Below, in pieces: positions 51,097-64,000 of a stretch of DNA of 64,000 nt. A program made the translations under genes and the position numbers. Source of the stretch: Geosiphon pyriformis uo1 (taxonomy: Eukaryota > Fungi > Glomeromycota); contig JAAOMT010000082.1 of the NCBI GenBank assembly GCA_016748015.1, forward strand, positions 110,857 through 174,856. Reading direction: 5' to 3'. The first letter of the stretch is position 1, and each line of letters begins with the position of its first letter. The notes beneath the pieces are model-generated. The model was not told where the DNA came from, made no database searches, and was given only the letters and a program-made list of their open reading frames with translations.

Positions 51097-52478
51097 ATGA
51101 ACATACAAAAATATCAACAACTGCAACATTATATAAACACTCAACAGTTCAAGGAGAATTTATCTCAAATAGAACAAAAGAGTATCAAACAACAATCAAA
51201 ATATTTTATCACTCACCAAAATATACTTTATCAGAAAAATAAAAAAAATTCAGATCAACCAACCAGAGTAGTTACAGAACCAGAAAAAGAGACAATATTA
51301 TTCAACATGTACTCAAATCCAACAGCAGGACATTTTTACAAAGAAGCAACCATGGAAAGAACCAGAAAAAAATACTATTGGCCATCAATGTATTCAAACA
51401 TCATCCAATATGTTCAAAATTGTGATGCTTGTCAGTGAAGAGAAGGTACAAAACCCAGTAAACTGTTAAAACCAATTAAAGTAGAACAACCATTTGACCA
51501 TGTTGGAATTGATCTAGTCAGATCATTAACAATCACCAGTGAAGGAAACAGGTACATAGCAGTAGCCATGAACTATCTCACTAAATGGCCAGAGACAAAA
51601 GCAATTCAAAGAGCGGATGCAGAATCCATTGTCGAATTTGTTCATCAGGATTTGATCTGTCAACATGGATGTCCAAAAAAATTATTATCAGACCAAGGAA
51701 CTCATTTTGTGAACAAAACATTAACAGAATTGAGCCAAAGATTCGGAATTAAGAGACCACTATCATCACCATACCATCCATAAACCAATGGATTAGTCGA
51801 AAGATTCAACAGAACATTGTGTGAAGCAATAGCTAAACTCAGCCAAGAAAACCAGAACAATTGGGATTTGTTGATACCATCAGTACTATTTGCTTATTGG
51901 ACAATGAAGCAAGATACTACACAAGCAACACCATTTGAATTAGTATATGATAGAACAGCAATACTACCAATGGAAATAGAAGTCAGCACATACCCAACCA
52001 AACCAATAACAGAAGAGAATTTCAAAAATACATTGTTAAAAAGAACATATGACTTAATAGAAACATTAGAAAACAAACAACGAAAAGCAGCTGATAACAT
52101 ACAAAAGTCACAAGAAAAACAAAAAAAAAACATGATAACTAACTACCAAATAAACCAGTTGAATTCAGGATTGGAGACAAAGTACTACTACATCGTACCA
52201 AAGCGAAAAAACAATAGAGTGGAAAATTTGACCCCAAATGGGACAGACCATTTCACATAGAAGAAATTCTAGGAAATGGAGCTTACAAATTAAGATTGAA
52301 TAACAAAATTTTGACCAAAGCAGCACATGGAGATTGACTAAAACCATATCACCATATAGCATCATCATTCACCAGTAATATTCCACAATTAGGAGTACAG
52401 AGAATACTAGTCCAACCAGATAAGATTTCACGAGACCTAGAACCAATTATTATCATTAACAACAACATGTTCAATTGA
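51097..52478 (+). pseudogene. D stand-alone integrase ORF
   Basis: MNIQKYQQLQHYI; AGHF...CDAC; VGIDLV; SDQGTHF; VERFNRTL; ends DLEPIIIINNNMFN*. Confidence 0.9.
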
Positions 52479-52531
52479 TCGACAAAAGAATATATAAAAC
52501 CATAGTCGACACAACAGAAGAGAGCAGAAAA

Positions 52532-53160
52532 ATGGAGATTATAGACAATATCTATTCACTAGCCCAACAAATTTTTCAATTAATCCAACACCAGGAGATA
52601 GAAATTACCATCAATCAACAAACCATTCATTACAAAAATACGGTAAAAATACCACAAAACAAAGCACAAAAAAGACTTGAAAACGTGGTCAACAAGATCA
52701 TGACTAAGATAAAATTGGCCATAAAAGAACAACAAATAGTCAGATACACCAAAAACTTACCAAAGAAACTTGGACTTGGTGGATACAACAATTTCCAAAA
52801 AACTATTGTTATTTTTACTTGGGACAACATGTGAATATTCAGAACTTATATATGGATAAAACAAAGTGGTTATTCAACACAACAATACTACAACAACTAG
52901 AACATTTTGTGGAAAAAAACAACTTATCCATACAAGCTCGAGCTATATACTGAATACACACAGCATTCCAGGATCGACCAGAAATTCTACTCAACAAAGC
53001 AATGGATACAGTTACCAATAATCAATTGGGAAAAATCACCAATGCTCAATTTAAAGAATTATGAACTCAAATAACACAAGTAATTCTTAAAAATGAAATT
53101 CAAAAAATACTTCAAAAGGGAGAATTAAATGAATTAGATTTCAACAGAGCTCAATATTAA
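52532..53160 (+). pseudogene. D ORF3
   Basis: MEIIDNIYSLAQQIFQLI...ELDFNRAQY*, with one frameshift near 52880; the stop overlaps PPT AAAAGGAGGAAA. Confidence 0.72.
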
Positions 53161-53173
53161 AAGGAGGAAATAA

Positions 53174-54050
53174 TGTTACTCATAAAATATAGAAATATAT
53201 AGTATTATTAGTCAGTAGATATTAGCCAATCAGAGGTAGACATAGTAAATGTGGAATTCCAGAATTCCTCTCAGAGGAATTGCAGGATTCCAGGAATTTC
53301 AGGATTCCCCGACAAGAAATTGCAGGATTCCAGAATTCCAGGATTTCTCTCATCAGAAATCGCAGAATTCCAGGAATTCCAGGATTCCTGTCGCAAAGAA
53401 TTGAGGAATTGAGAAATCTCAATTATGTATATATAGCAGTAAGATTAGAAGCTAAAAAGACAGACCTCTCAGTTTAGATTTAATCTAAGCAACGTTCCAG
53501 TTTCCAATCATCAAATAAATAATTATTCCATATCTCAACCCACTCTCTACTATCAATACTTCATGTTGATAGTAATTGATACTTAATCATGCTGGAACAA
53601 TAGCTCTTGATCACGGCTATCGATGAGATACTAATGTACCAAATTGTCTTGGCTTATTTTTTCTATTTTCTTTATTTTATTTTCTTTCTTTTTTTGATTT
53701 TGTTGTTATATACTAATTGATTAAAAGATTAAGTACTGAGTTATTGACATCAAGGATAGCCTGGTAAAAGACCCAGAAATAAGGATAGAATTTTATATAT
53801 TATCAGATAGCTTACCAGCAAAGCATGACTGCCAGACTAAATCCAGCCACCATGCTAAGAAAAAAATTGAGAAAACTTTTAAAAAGATACATCTACTATT
53901 GACCCTATTGAATCTCTGTCCATTATACAAAGGACTTTATCAAAACCTTCAGATACAACACTTGCAGAACCTTATCCATGGAAGTAGCTTTTAAGCACCA
54001 AGTTATGGGTTTGTTATTTAATTCAACAGCAGAAATAATCACCTGTAACA
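53174..54050 (+). repeat. D 3' LTR
   Basis: Matches the 5' LTR, differing mostly by transitions. Confidence 0.93.
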
Positions 54051-54128
54051 CTGTGATTAGTTTTACAAGATATGCACAAAGCATATAATTTAGTATGGTA
54101 GTATTATCTTAAAGCTAGTTTAAAATAG

Positions 54129-57100
54129 TGTTATGGTTGAAACTTATACTTTTTATTAATTATTACATGTATTAGCCACAGATATTACATAATTAGCTAC
54201 TCTATTTTTAGATAGTGATTATTGACCTGATCATTGACTTGATCATTGACCTGATTAATAACCTGATTATTGACCTGATCATTGACTTAATCATTGACCT
54301 AGTCGTTGATCTGATCATTGACTACTTTTGATAGCTATATAAGTGATGAATTTTTTAGCTGTAGAAAAGCATATAAGAATCAAAAAAAGAAAAGAAATAA
54401 AATAACAACTTCATCTCAATCTTTTTCTTCTCACTAATTTTTTTTTCCCTATCTTCAAGTATCTAAACATTTTAAAGATAAAAGATTACTTGTTGGCATT
54501 TACCTACCCTTTTTCTGAAATGTGTAATTATAGTATTTGAAGATTATTGAATAAATGTGACTAAAGAGTACATCTAATACCTGATATTAAATTCTAAAAG
54601 CACTAATGTAAAGCATAGAATTATACCAGTGTGTGATCATTTGTTGACAGTACAGACTATCTCTCTACCTTCAGATTTCCTGATTATCTTTTAAAAAGTA
54701 TAGTGACTAAGATATTTTATGAGACTGATCTTGCACATTGAAACCATACTTATTCAATTTGCTTTTTGAAGTTAAATTCTCTTTGATTCCTTTCATCACC
54801 CTATAATCCTGTTCTCCCTTGCTATCCATTAGCTTGTTATTTCAACTTGTAACATAAAAGTGGTGCTCCCTGTGAGATTGTTAAAATCCACTTTGTTTTC
54901 TATTGTATGGGTAATTATTTATACTTGTCACAACAATCAGAAGAACACTTCAAAGCACACAATAAAAATGATTTAGACTTTATTGAACTCAATTTTTTGC
55001 TCTCCTGCTTGATTTGTTTCCTCATTGAAAAACAATCCAGCAGACAATTCCAAGACTTTTGGAACTGATTCCTGAACAAGCATTCAGCTAAAACTTACAC
55101 ATATACAACCTATTACTTTGACCAAGCTTATTTTAAAGACAACTTTAAAGAAAGAAACAACAGTATCAATCAGCTCTTATATTCTACAATCTTTGAACAA
55201 CAGCCCCCTGATTTCGAATATCTGAATCATCAAATCTATATTTGGATTGCTGCTCATCAATCAACTGAAACTCCTCTTGAAACAGAAAAAGAAAGCTATC
55301 AAACCACTTTTGTTTTTGATTTCTTCTTAAGTGAATTAGAACATTCCACACAAACAGCTACTTCTGAACCAATGGCTTAAAACTCTATGCAACAAAACAT
55401 TCTGATTGCTCTTCAAGGCATACAGACTGCTTTAGGATGAAAAAACAACACCCTATTACCATTATTCAGAGATAATGCCCAAAATCCAATTGAATGATTG
55501 GATAACTTTGAAAGAGCTGCCACAGCCAACCAATACAATAATGAATACAAGTTTCAAATTGTTGGTGGCTATCTTCAAGGCTCTTCTGCTACTTGGTTCT
55601 TACAAAAAACTGATGCTAGTGCTTAACAAAAAATTATTAGATGAACATCAACAAATACTGGAGAAGAAAACACTTCTTTTACAACCTGGTTTGAAACTAA
55701 ATTTAGAACTCCTATCTTAATCTCAAAATGGCATATGGAATTAGAAAAAAAAACCCAAGGTCCTAGTGAGGTTGTGACAGAATATGCCAAAGCAATAAAA
55801 AAACTTATTAAATGGATAGACTCTGAAAAAAATTAGACAGAAGAGCAGAAAATACACTCCTTCACAAAAGGACTGAAAACTGATCTATTATATGCTCTTT
55901 GGCCTTTCCTGGCCTTGAAAAATAATCCCACAATGGATATGACCATTGAACTTGCCCAGAGAATAAAAGATAACCAAAGGATTCATTTGGAATCCACTCT
56001 TCTAGCTTTTGCCACTGTTCCTGTTATGGCTCCTGCTCCACAAATGGCTGTCACCTCTTTTACTGCCCAAACTCAAGACTCAAATAAACAATTAATAGAT
56101 AGGCTTACAGCAAATCTTGCCTGGCTATTAGAATCTTTGGCCCAAACAGTTAGAGACAATCAACAATCCCAAAGACCCAGATTTGAACCCCGTTTTAATC
56201 AGCCCCAACAACTCTCTTATCAAAAACAACAAAATCATGGTCTACCTGTGTGTTATTGCTGTGGATTAACTGGACATATTTCTAAAGATTGCAATAATCC
56301 TTTTTTGTTCTCTCCAGTTTCTAGAAACAATAACAATCAAAACAACAGAATCATTAACAACAATGCTTTCAATTAAAGATCCAATCATGTTAACATCAAT
56401 TTTTTTAAAGAGGATTCCCTAATTGAAGCCACTGTTTATTAGCCTTTAAACTGATAGGCACACTTCCAAAGAGTAAGAGTGCAAGCCAACCAGAAGAAAA
56501 CCTCTTTTATGCTCTTAACCTAACTAATGATGACCATGACATGGATAAACTGACAATCAACACCTCTGACTCAACAAAAAAGAAAAAGAAAGCCAAGGTT
56601 GATTTTGTTTTAGATTCTAACAAAGCTTCAACTTCTACTACTGATAACAATAAGCCACCAAAAGCCAAAGTTTTTAAAAATCCTCCAAAGCTGGAATCTC
56701 CAGAAATTGTATAAAAATCTGGATCATACTCTGTTGTAAAAAATCTTATGGAAACCCCAGCACATATTACTTTTGGCCAGTTAATGACCCATTCACAGTT
56801 TAGAAAAAATTTTTGCAAATCATTAATCCCAAAGAAAAAGACACCAAAAACCAACAAACGTCCATGCCAAGCTGGACTTGCTGACAACAGTAATGTTACT
56901 CCTCTCATCTGTAAAGCCCAAGTGGCTGGTTACTTCATTGATTTGATCCTGAACAGTAGATTATTTGTTAGCATCATTGCCAAACACTTCTTAGAAGCAA
57001 TTGGCAGAAAGATTGATAAACCATCCACACAACCAATGACCAACATATATGATAACAAGAAAAAAGATCTGGGCATAGCCAAAGCTGTTCCTGTCCAAAT

Positions 57101-58372
57101 CAATGACATCAGCATTGAAACTAACATAGAAGTATCTGAAGCAAAAGAATACACCATAATAGTTAACAATGAATGGCTCAAGAAAGCAAAAGCTTTGCTT
57201 AATTATAAACTCTGTGAACTGACCATCAGATGTAATGAGAAACCTATTGTAGTTAAGTATCGCCATTGGACAACTCCTTCAGCACCCAAACAAAGCCAAG
57301 AAAAAAAACAATCAAATAAATCAGATGATAATGAGAGTGATGATAAAAAAAATCAAGAAGAACAAAAAAAAACTGCTGAACTCACCTATATCATCTTTAC
57401 CAGCAATGGCAAGCCACTGGACAATGTTAAAGCTGATAAAGAAAAAATCATAGTAAATGGCAAGCTAATCTGCTGGTTCTACTATGATATCCTTAAAAAA
57501 ATCTTTGACAGAAAACCTGGCAAGAAAGCTAAATACAGTTATTGGTGGCATGGTCCTTGTGCATATGCTGGTGTAACAAACCTTTGTATTCACCAAGTAA
57601 TGAATGCAAATTTTGTCTAATTTATTACAAAAATTGAGAACCAATTAGCTTAATATTTCAAAAAAAACTTAAAGAAGTACAGAAGTCCTTTGAAAATGAA
57701 CCATCTAAGATCCAATTAATTACAGTAAAACAAAGAGAACCCTTTCCAAAAAAAAGAAAGATAGACATTGAAAATCTGTTGGCTAGAAATAGCCCAGTTA
57801 TTTTAAAAGAAGGTAATACTCCTGAATGAACCCATGTAATACAATACACCATCACCATCAAAAAAACTCACTCCATCTATTTGAAGCCTTATTAATCTAA
57901 TTAATACAATGATGAATTTATCAAGAAAGAGATAAGCCAGATGAAAGATCTTGAATTCATACAAGAAACCAAGAGTGAATAGGCTTTTCCAGTTGTAGTA
58001 GTATTCAAGAAAAGTAGAATCTTATGCTTTTGTATTGACTACTACCAATTAAATGCCATCACTATAAGAGATATGTATTCACTTCCCAAAATTAATGCAA
58101 TGCTAGATAAATTCAATGGTGCTGCTTTTTTCTCAACCATTGACTTAACTGCTGGATTCAGACAAGTAGAAATGAATTCAGAAAGCAGAAAGAAAATGGT
58201 CTTTATTATCAAGTATAGCACTTATGAATTCACTGTTATGCCTTTTGGCCTCACCAATGCTCCTCCTACCTTTTAACATCTAATGGACAAAGTGTTTAAA
58301 TCAGTGAAAGAAAACTTTGTTCTAGTTTATTTGAACAATATAATGATATACTCAAAAACCTGAGATGAACAC
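54129..58372 (+). mobile_element. C2: family C element (LTR 54129-54854, PBS 54861-54876, gag, PR, part of RT), interrupted by E2
   Basis: Collinear with C1 from 14332 to ~18582; breaks at YSKT*DEH within RT. Confidence 0.9.
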
Positions 58373-59168
58373 TATTATAGATGATTATTTGGAGTCTTAA
58401 ATCAAATAACAAATCTGTAACTTGGTGCTTTAGTATTTTGATGACATAAGTAATATTGGTATGTCATTGTTATCTAAAGGTTTGGTTGATCTGAAAATTT
58501 TATGGTTGAGTTCTTTGTATAATGGACAGAGATTCAATAGTGGTTTTCAGTAGCCTCCTGGAATCACAATTCCATTAAATTTCTTTCTTAGTGTGGTGGC
58601 TGGTAATCCTTCTAATAAGTTATCCTCAATTCTATAAGTGTTTTACCCTTGTTTCACAGGTCTTTTACCAGTTCCTATAACATTTTTTAATTCAACACTT
58701 TTAATTTTTAATTAGTTTAGTAAACAACAATAAAATCAAAGAAAATAAAAAAAATGAAGAGAAATAAGTCAATGCAATTGCAAGTTAGTATCCCATCAAT
58801 AGTTATGATCAAGAGCTATTGTTCCAGCATGGTCAAGTATCAATTACTATCAACATGAAGTATTGATAGTGGAGAGTAGAATTGAGATAACAAATAGTTA
58901 TTTATTGATATTTGTGATGGAAAAGGTTGTTTAGATTAAATCTAAATGGAGAGGTCTGTCTTTTCTACTTTTACCACTACCACTATATATACATAATTAA
59001 TGTTCTACAAGATTGCTTATATTCTTGAGTGATGTGCTATGATTTCTTGAGCAATGTGGTGTGATTTCTGATATTGCTCCACATTGCTGAGCAATGTGCT
59101 TATGTGCTGACTACTATTCTTTTATTGGTCTACTATTTTTTATATCTGTTTTTTCTTTATGAGTAACA
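58373..59168 (-). repeat. E2 3' LTR
   Basis: TGTTACTCAT...CTATAATA on the - strand; homologous to the E1 LTR and, outside U3, to the D LTR. Confidence 0.88.
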
Positions 59169-59876
59169 TTATCTCCTCCTTTTTAATATTGAGCTCCATC
59201 AAAATTCTCATTTTGAATTATGTTAAATACTTCTTTTTTAAGTAGCATTTGTTCCATCTTATTCCTTATTTCTTCAATTTATGCATTGTTTATTCTTTCC
59301 TATTGGTTAATAATTATAGTTTCCATGTCTAAATATAACAGTATTTCTGAATAGTTCCGAAATATGTTGTGCAATTGGTAAATTGTTCTAACATGTAGTG
59401 TTGAATTTGTTTTTTTTTAATAAATTCTTTAATTTGTTGTATTATGTCTTGATTGAATATTCTCTTGATTTGTTAATATACAACTCCTAAATATTCAACT
59501 TTTGACCTAACTAATAGTAACAATATAGTATTGAAAGTTGTTTTGTTCATAACTTCCAATTCTCTTTTGTAAGCTCTTCTGTTGGTGCCATAATAAATAT
59601 TTTTCCAAAAGTGTTCTTTACTTTTTCTATTAAGTTATTTGATCAATTTTTATCATTCTTTGATGACTGCTGATATAGTGTATTCTTTGTCTTTCTTTTG
59701 GTGTTTTGATAGCAAATTGTTTGGTTTTTAATAACAATTTCTATGTCTAACTGTTGTTGACTTAAGGCCTGAAACAATTGTTGAGCTATAGTATGAATAT
59801 GATCTGGTATTTTCTTTTTTTTTAGTTGCTTTTGTTATATGTACTGTGTCTTTATATATTCTTTTATTGTTCAATT

Positions 59877-61243
59877 TTATGTGTTTGGTCTAATGATTAT
59901 AATTGGTTCCAAATCTTGTGAAATTTCATCTAATTGGACTAGTATTTGTTATACTCTCAGTTGTAGAATGTTATTGGTGGATGATACTATCTGGTGATAT
60001 GGTTTTAGTTAATCACCATGTGCTATTTTGGCTAAGATTTTGTTGTTCCATCTTAATTTATAAGCTCTATTTCCTAGAATTTCTTCTATGTGAAATGGTC
60101 TATCTTATTTGGGGTCAAATTTTCTACTCCATTGTTTTTTCACTTTGGTACAATATAAAAATACTTTGTTTTCAATCTTGAATTCAACTGGTTTATCTGA
60201 TAGTTGGTTATTATGTTGTTTTTTTTGATTTTTTTGAGAGTTTTGGATGTTATCAGCTGCTTTTTGTCATCTGTTTTCTAATGTTTCTATTAAGTTATAT
60301 GTTTTTTTCAACAATGTTTCTTGAAAATTATCTTCTGTTATTGGTTCAGTTGGATATATATTAACCTCTATTTCAACTGGTAGTGTTTCTGTTCTACCAT
60401 ATACTAATTCAAATGGTGTTGCTTGTGTAGTATCTTGCTTCATTGTCTGATAAGCAAATAATACTGATAATATAAACAAATCCCATTCTTTTTGATTTTC
60501 TTGGCTGATTTTGGCAATTGCTTTACACAATGTTCTATTGAATCTTTCAACTAAACCATTTGTTTATGGATGGTATGGTGATGATAATGGTCTCTTTATT
60601 CCAAATCTTTGACTTAACTCAGCTAATGTTCTATTTACAAAGTGTGTTCTCTGATCTGATAGTAATTCTTTTGAATATCCATGTTGACAAATTAGATCTT
60701 GGTGAACAAATTCAGCAACAGATTTTGCATCTGCTCTTTGAATGGCTTTTGCTTCTGGCCATTTAGTAAGATAATCCATGGCTACTGCAATATATCTGTT
60801 GTCTTTGCTAATGATTATTAATGATCTGACTAAGTCAATTCCAATATAATTGAATGGTTGTTTTACTTTGATTGGTCTTAATGATTCACTTAGTCTTAAT
60901 TCTTTTCTTTTTTGACAAGCATCACAATTTTGAATATATTGGATGATGTCTGAATATATTGATGGCCAATAATATCTTTTTCTTCTATGGTTGCTTCTTT
61001 ATGAAAATGTCCTGCTGTTAGATCAAAGTGTATGTTGAACAGTATTGTCTCTTTTTCTGACTTTGTAATTACTCTGGTTGGTTGATCTGGATCTTGTCTA
61101 TTCTTCCAGTAAAGTATATTTTGATGGTTGATAAAATATTTTGATTGTTGTTTAATCTGATTTTGTTCCTTTTGAGATAATTTCTCCTTGAACTGTTGAG
61201 TATTTATATAATGTTGGAGTTGTTGGTATTTTTGTGTATTCAT
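59877..61243 (-). pseudogene. E2 stand-alone integrase ORF
   Basis: MNTQKYQQLQHYI; DYLTKWPEAKA; SDQRTHF; ends DLEPIIIIRPNT*. Confidence 0.87.
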
Positions 61244-64000
61244 CTTTTGTTATATTTTTGTGTTCAGTTGTTTGGATTTTGTTATATATTTTTTTTTATT
61301 GAAATGTTCTTAGATTTGTCTCATTCATAACAAACTGTCAACATTTCTATTGTCTTTTTCTTTTTTATAGTGTACTATAAAATTATATAATGAAAGTGCT
61401 ATTTTCTATCTTGCATGTTAATTATCTTCAAATTTCTGTTTTTGGATTGAAGTCAGTCCTTTGTGATCTGTGTATACTTCAAATTTCTGACTTAAGTATT
61501 CTTTCTATTTTATAACTGCCCAATAGATTGCTAAATATTCTAATACTGGTGTTCTATACTTTTTCTCGGCTGGAGTTAAACCTTGGCTGGCATATGCCAC
61601 TGAATGTTCACTTCCATTCAGTCTTTTCTGTGATAATACTGCTTCCAATGCTTGACCTGATGCATCTGTTGTAATGATGAATGGCTTATTGTGATCTGAA
61701 TAGATCAGTATTGGAGCTTGAATAAGCTTTCTTCTTAAAATATCAAAAGCTTCTTGTTGAGTTTCTGTCCATTTGTATTTTATATTCTTGGTTTGAAGAT
61801 AGTTGAGTGGCCAAGCTATTTTAGAAAAGTCTTTGATGAAGTAGCAATAATAGCCTGTAAATCTTAAGAATAATTTCAATTCAGTCAAGTTGGTTAGTAC
61901 TGGAAATTTCTTTATTATCTCTATTTTGTCTGAATCCATTTTGATTCTATTTTTGCTCACTATATGTTCCAAGAATTTTAATTTTGTTTTGCTAAAGAAA
62001 CATTTGGTAGCATTTAACTTTAACCCTGCTTGTCATAATTGTTCAAACACTTGTTAAAGATGATGAAAATGATTATTAAATGTTCATGAAAATATATTGG
62101 TGTTGTCTAAGTATATGATTACAGATTTCCATAATAAGCTGGTATATATGATTTCCATTAGTCATTGAAATATGGCTGGAGCATTCATCAAGTCAAATAG
62201 CATGACTTCAAATTCAAAATTTCTTTTTTAAGTTGTAAAAGCTGTTTTCTTCTTGTCTTCTGGTTTCATGACCACTTGTCAGTAACTACTGTCTAAGTCT
62301 AAAGTTGAGAATCATTTCTTTTCTCCAAATGCATCAAACAGTTTTTGGATCTTTGAAGTTGGATGACTATCTTCTTTTGTTATTCCATTCAGTTTCTAGT
62401 AATCTATGCAAAAGCAAATTTTCCCATTCTTCTTATGGACTAGTACTACTGGTGACAATTATGGACTCATTGATGATTCAATTAACCTATTGTCAAGCAT
62501 TTGATTGATTTCTTGACGAATGATCTTATGGCTGGCTAGTGGTATTTTGTATGCTCTCTGTTTAATTGATATTACATCTCTCATCTTGATTTGATGCTGG
62601 ATTATGTCAGTTCTACCAAATTCATTCTCACTGGCAAAGATATCATTGAAATTGTTGAGTAATATCTTAAGCTGCATACATTGAAGTGGGTCTAAGTTTC
62701 TTATGTTTATCTGTTCCAATTGTTTTGGTTGGAGTAAATAACATTCTTTTTGTCCATATATTGTTTGTGATGTGATATTCACATATTCACAAAGCTGTGG
62801 AAAGTCTGAATGGGGTTTGGTAGTTGGTTTTCTATTTCTGTGCTTAGATATTCAATGATGGTTTCTTCTAGTATTTCTACAATATTTTCAGTGTTGTTGT
62901 AGATGAAAATTTTGATGTAATTATGGTTTTTGGCTGGTATGTGGAGACTGATGTGTCCAATCTTTTTTGATTCACAAATGGCTAATTCAGCTTCAAAAAT
63001 CTGCACTTGATCTTTTACTTTCCTATCTATAGTGTACATGTACTGGTCATATGGTAAAATAAAAATTGATTGACGAATTAAGATAATTTTTCTTTTGTCA
63101 GCAATTTTTTCCTCTGCCATATTAACTGGTACATCTATTCTACTCATTGATCTGAATCCCTGTATTTCTCTTGCTGTTATCCCTAACTCTTCTCTATTTT
63201 CCACTAAAACTAACTGAGCTATTTTTACCAGAGACAGAAATATTGTCTATACTATCTTTTCATTTGGCTCTATGATATAGATCTTTTCTAAGTTGTTTTG
63301 TAGCATAGCAATAATATTTCTTACATATCTTGTGTTAATTATTCCTCCTCTAATGTTGATCTCTCTTTTTGCTAAACTACTCCTAGATGCTAACTGAACC
63401 ATGGTTGTTGCTGGAATTTCTAGTGCTATTTTGAGATCAATACATGTGCACAAATTTGGTTCCAATTTGATGACTTCTTTTTTTGGATATCTTAGATCAA
63501 ACTCTGTATCAGTATTATGTACACATTCTGACATGATACCTTCATTGTTATCACTGAACCATTTTAGTTCCTGCTTCTTGATAAGATCAGGGAGTACAAT
63601 ATATTGTTCAGAGTTTGAATCTGAATTTGAATTGTCACTATTTTGATTGCCATATTGAACAGAGCTGGAACTGTTGTTTTTGTTGTCATTATTGTCAGAG
63701 TTTGAATCAAGATTGAAATTTAATTCCAATTTCAATACGCAATTGCTGATTGGTTCTTTTTTCTCTGGGATTGTGTAGATCATACATGGTAGTAGATTGT
63801 AAATAAGATCACACTTATTACAATATTGAAAGTCACATGAGATCAAACAGTGTTGACACAGTCATGTGTTTAATTGTTCTAAGCATTGCTTTTGTTCTTT
63901 TCTTGTGGGTGCTAATCACTGATAGTGTTCATGAAATTCTTTTGGGTCATCCTCAATGTTGCTAAAGACATTGTTACTTATAGAAATATAGGGAATATAT

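Larger units (their letters stand above)
43901..54050 (+). mobile_element. D: complete, uninterrupted 10.15-kb Gypsy-like element
   Basis: LTRs 43901-44782 and 53174-54050 (TGTTAC...GTAACA); exact TSD CTGT; PBS and PPT present. Confidence 0.95.
40260..54128 (+). mobile_element. LINE2: decayed non-LTR retrotransposon interrupted by D (43901-54050) and then by C2 (54129)
   Basis: ORF1 ~40460-41964 (CEKCERFRHFALEC); ORF2 APE from 41961; RT reads across D as LEKDHKL|*LVLQDMHKAYNLV. 5' boundary approximate. Confidence 0.85.
58373..64000 (-). mobile_element. E2: family E element on the minus strand (Cys-rich, dUTPase, RT, RNaseH, IN, ORF3, 3' LTR), runs off window end
   Basis: dUTPase ~63140-63560; RT-RH ends at 61310; IN 61243-59877; ORF3 ends 59183 (FDGAQY*); PPT ~59171-59184. 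Confidence 0.9.

Noticed and set aside
52475-53160. ORF3 as an envelope glycoprotein
   Set aside because: Too short, with no signal peptide, transmembrane segment or cysteine pattern.

Overview
Eukaryotic, most likely fungal (Glomeromycotina-like by composition and element content; inference) repeat-dense window, roughly 95% transposon-derived. It holds eight copies of five related Ty3/Gypsy-like LTR retrotransposon families, labelled here A1, A2, B, C1, C2, D, E1 and E2, plus an orphan LTR fragment and two decayed LINEs. The elements form two nests: B contains C1, which contains A2; LINE2 contains D and C2, and C2 contains E2. Exact or near-exact 4-bp target-site duplications (TSDs) are readable. 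The one apparently intact host gene is a 5-exon Crinkler-type coiled-coil + PD-(D/E)XK nuclease + kinase gene, cut off at a 19-bp Nextera/Tn5 adapter (assembly artefact). The main candidate for a new system is the architecture shared by all five LTR families. (1) Gag-PR-Cys-rich-(dUTPase)-RT-RNaseH stops at a conserved position. (2) Integrase is a separate ORF with its own ATG, a Ginger-like N-terminus and a C-terminal PxVxI-like motif. (3) A soluble ~215-aa ORF3 ends at the polypurine tract (PPT). (4) The LTRs carry hairpins with palindromic loops resembling the HIV dimer initiation site. Family C lacks dUTPase and appears to use a UUUAAAC -1 frameshift. All element copies are damaged by C>T/G>A transitions. 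Coordinates were read by eye, and no database search was run.
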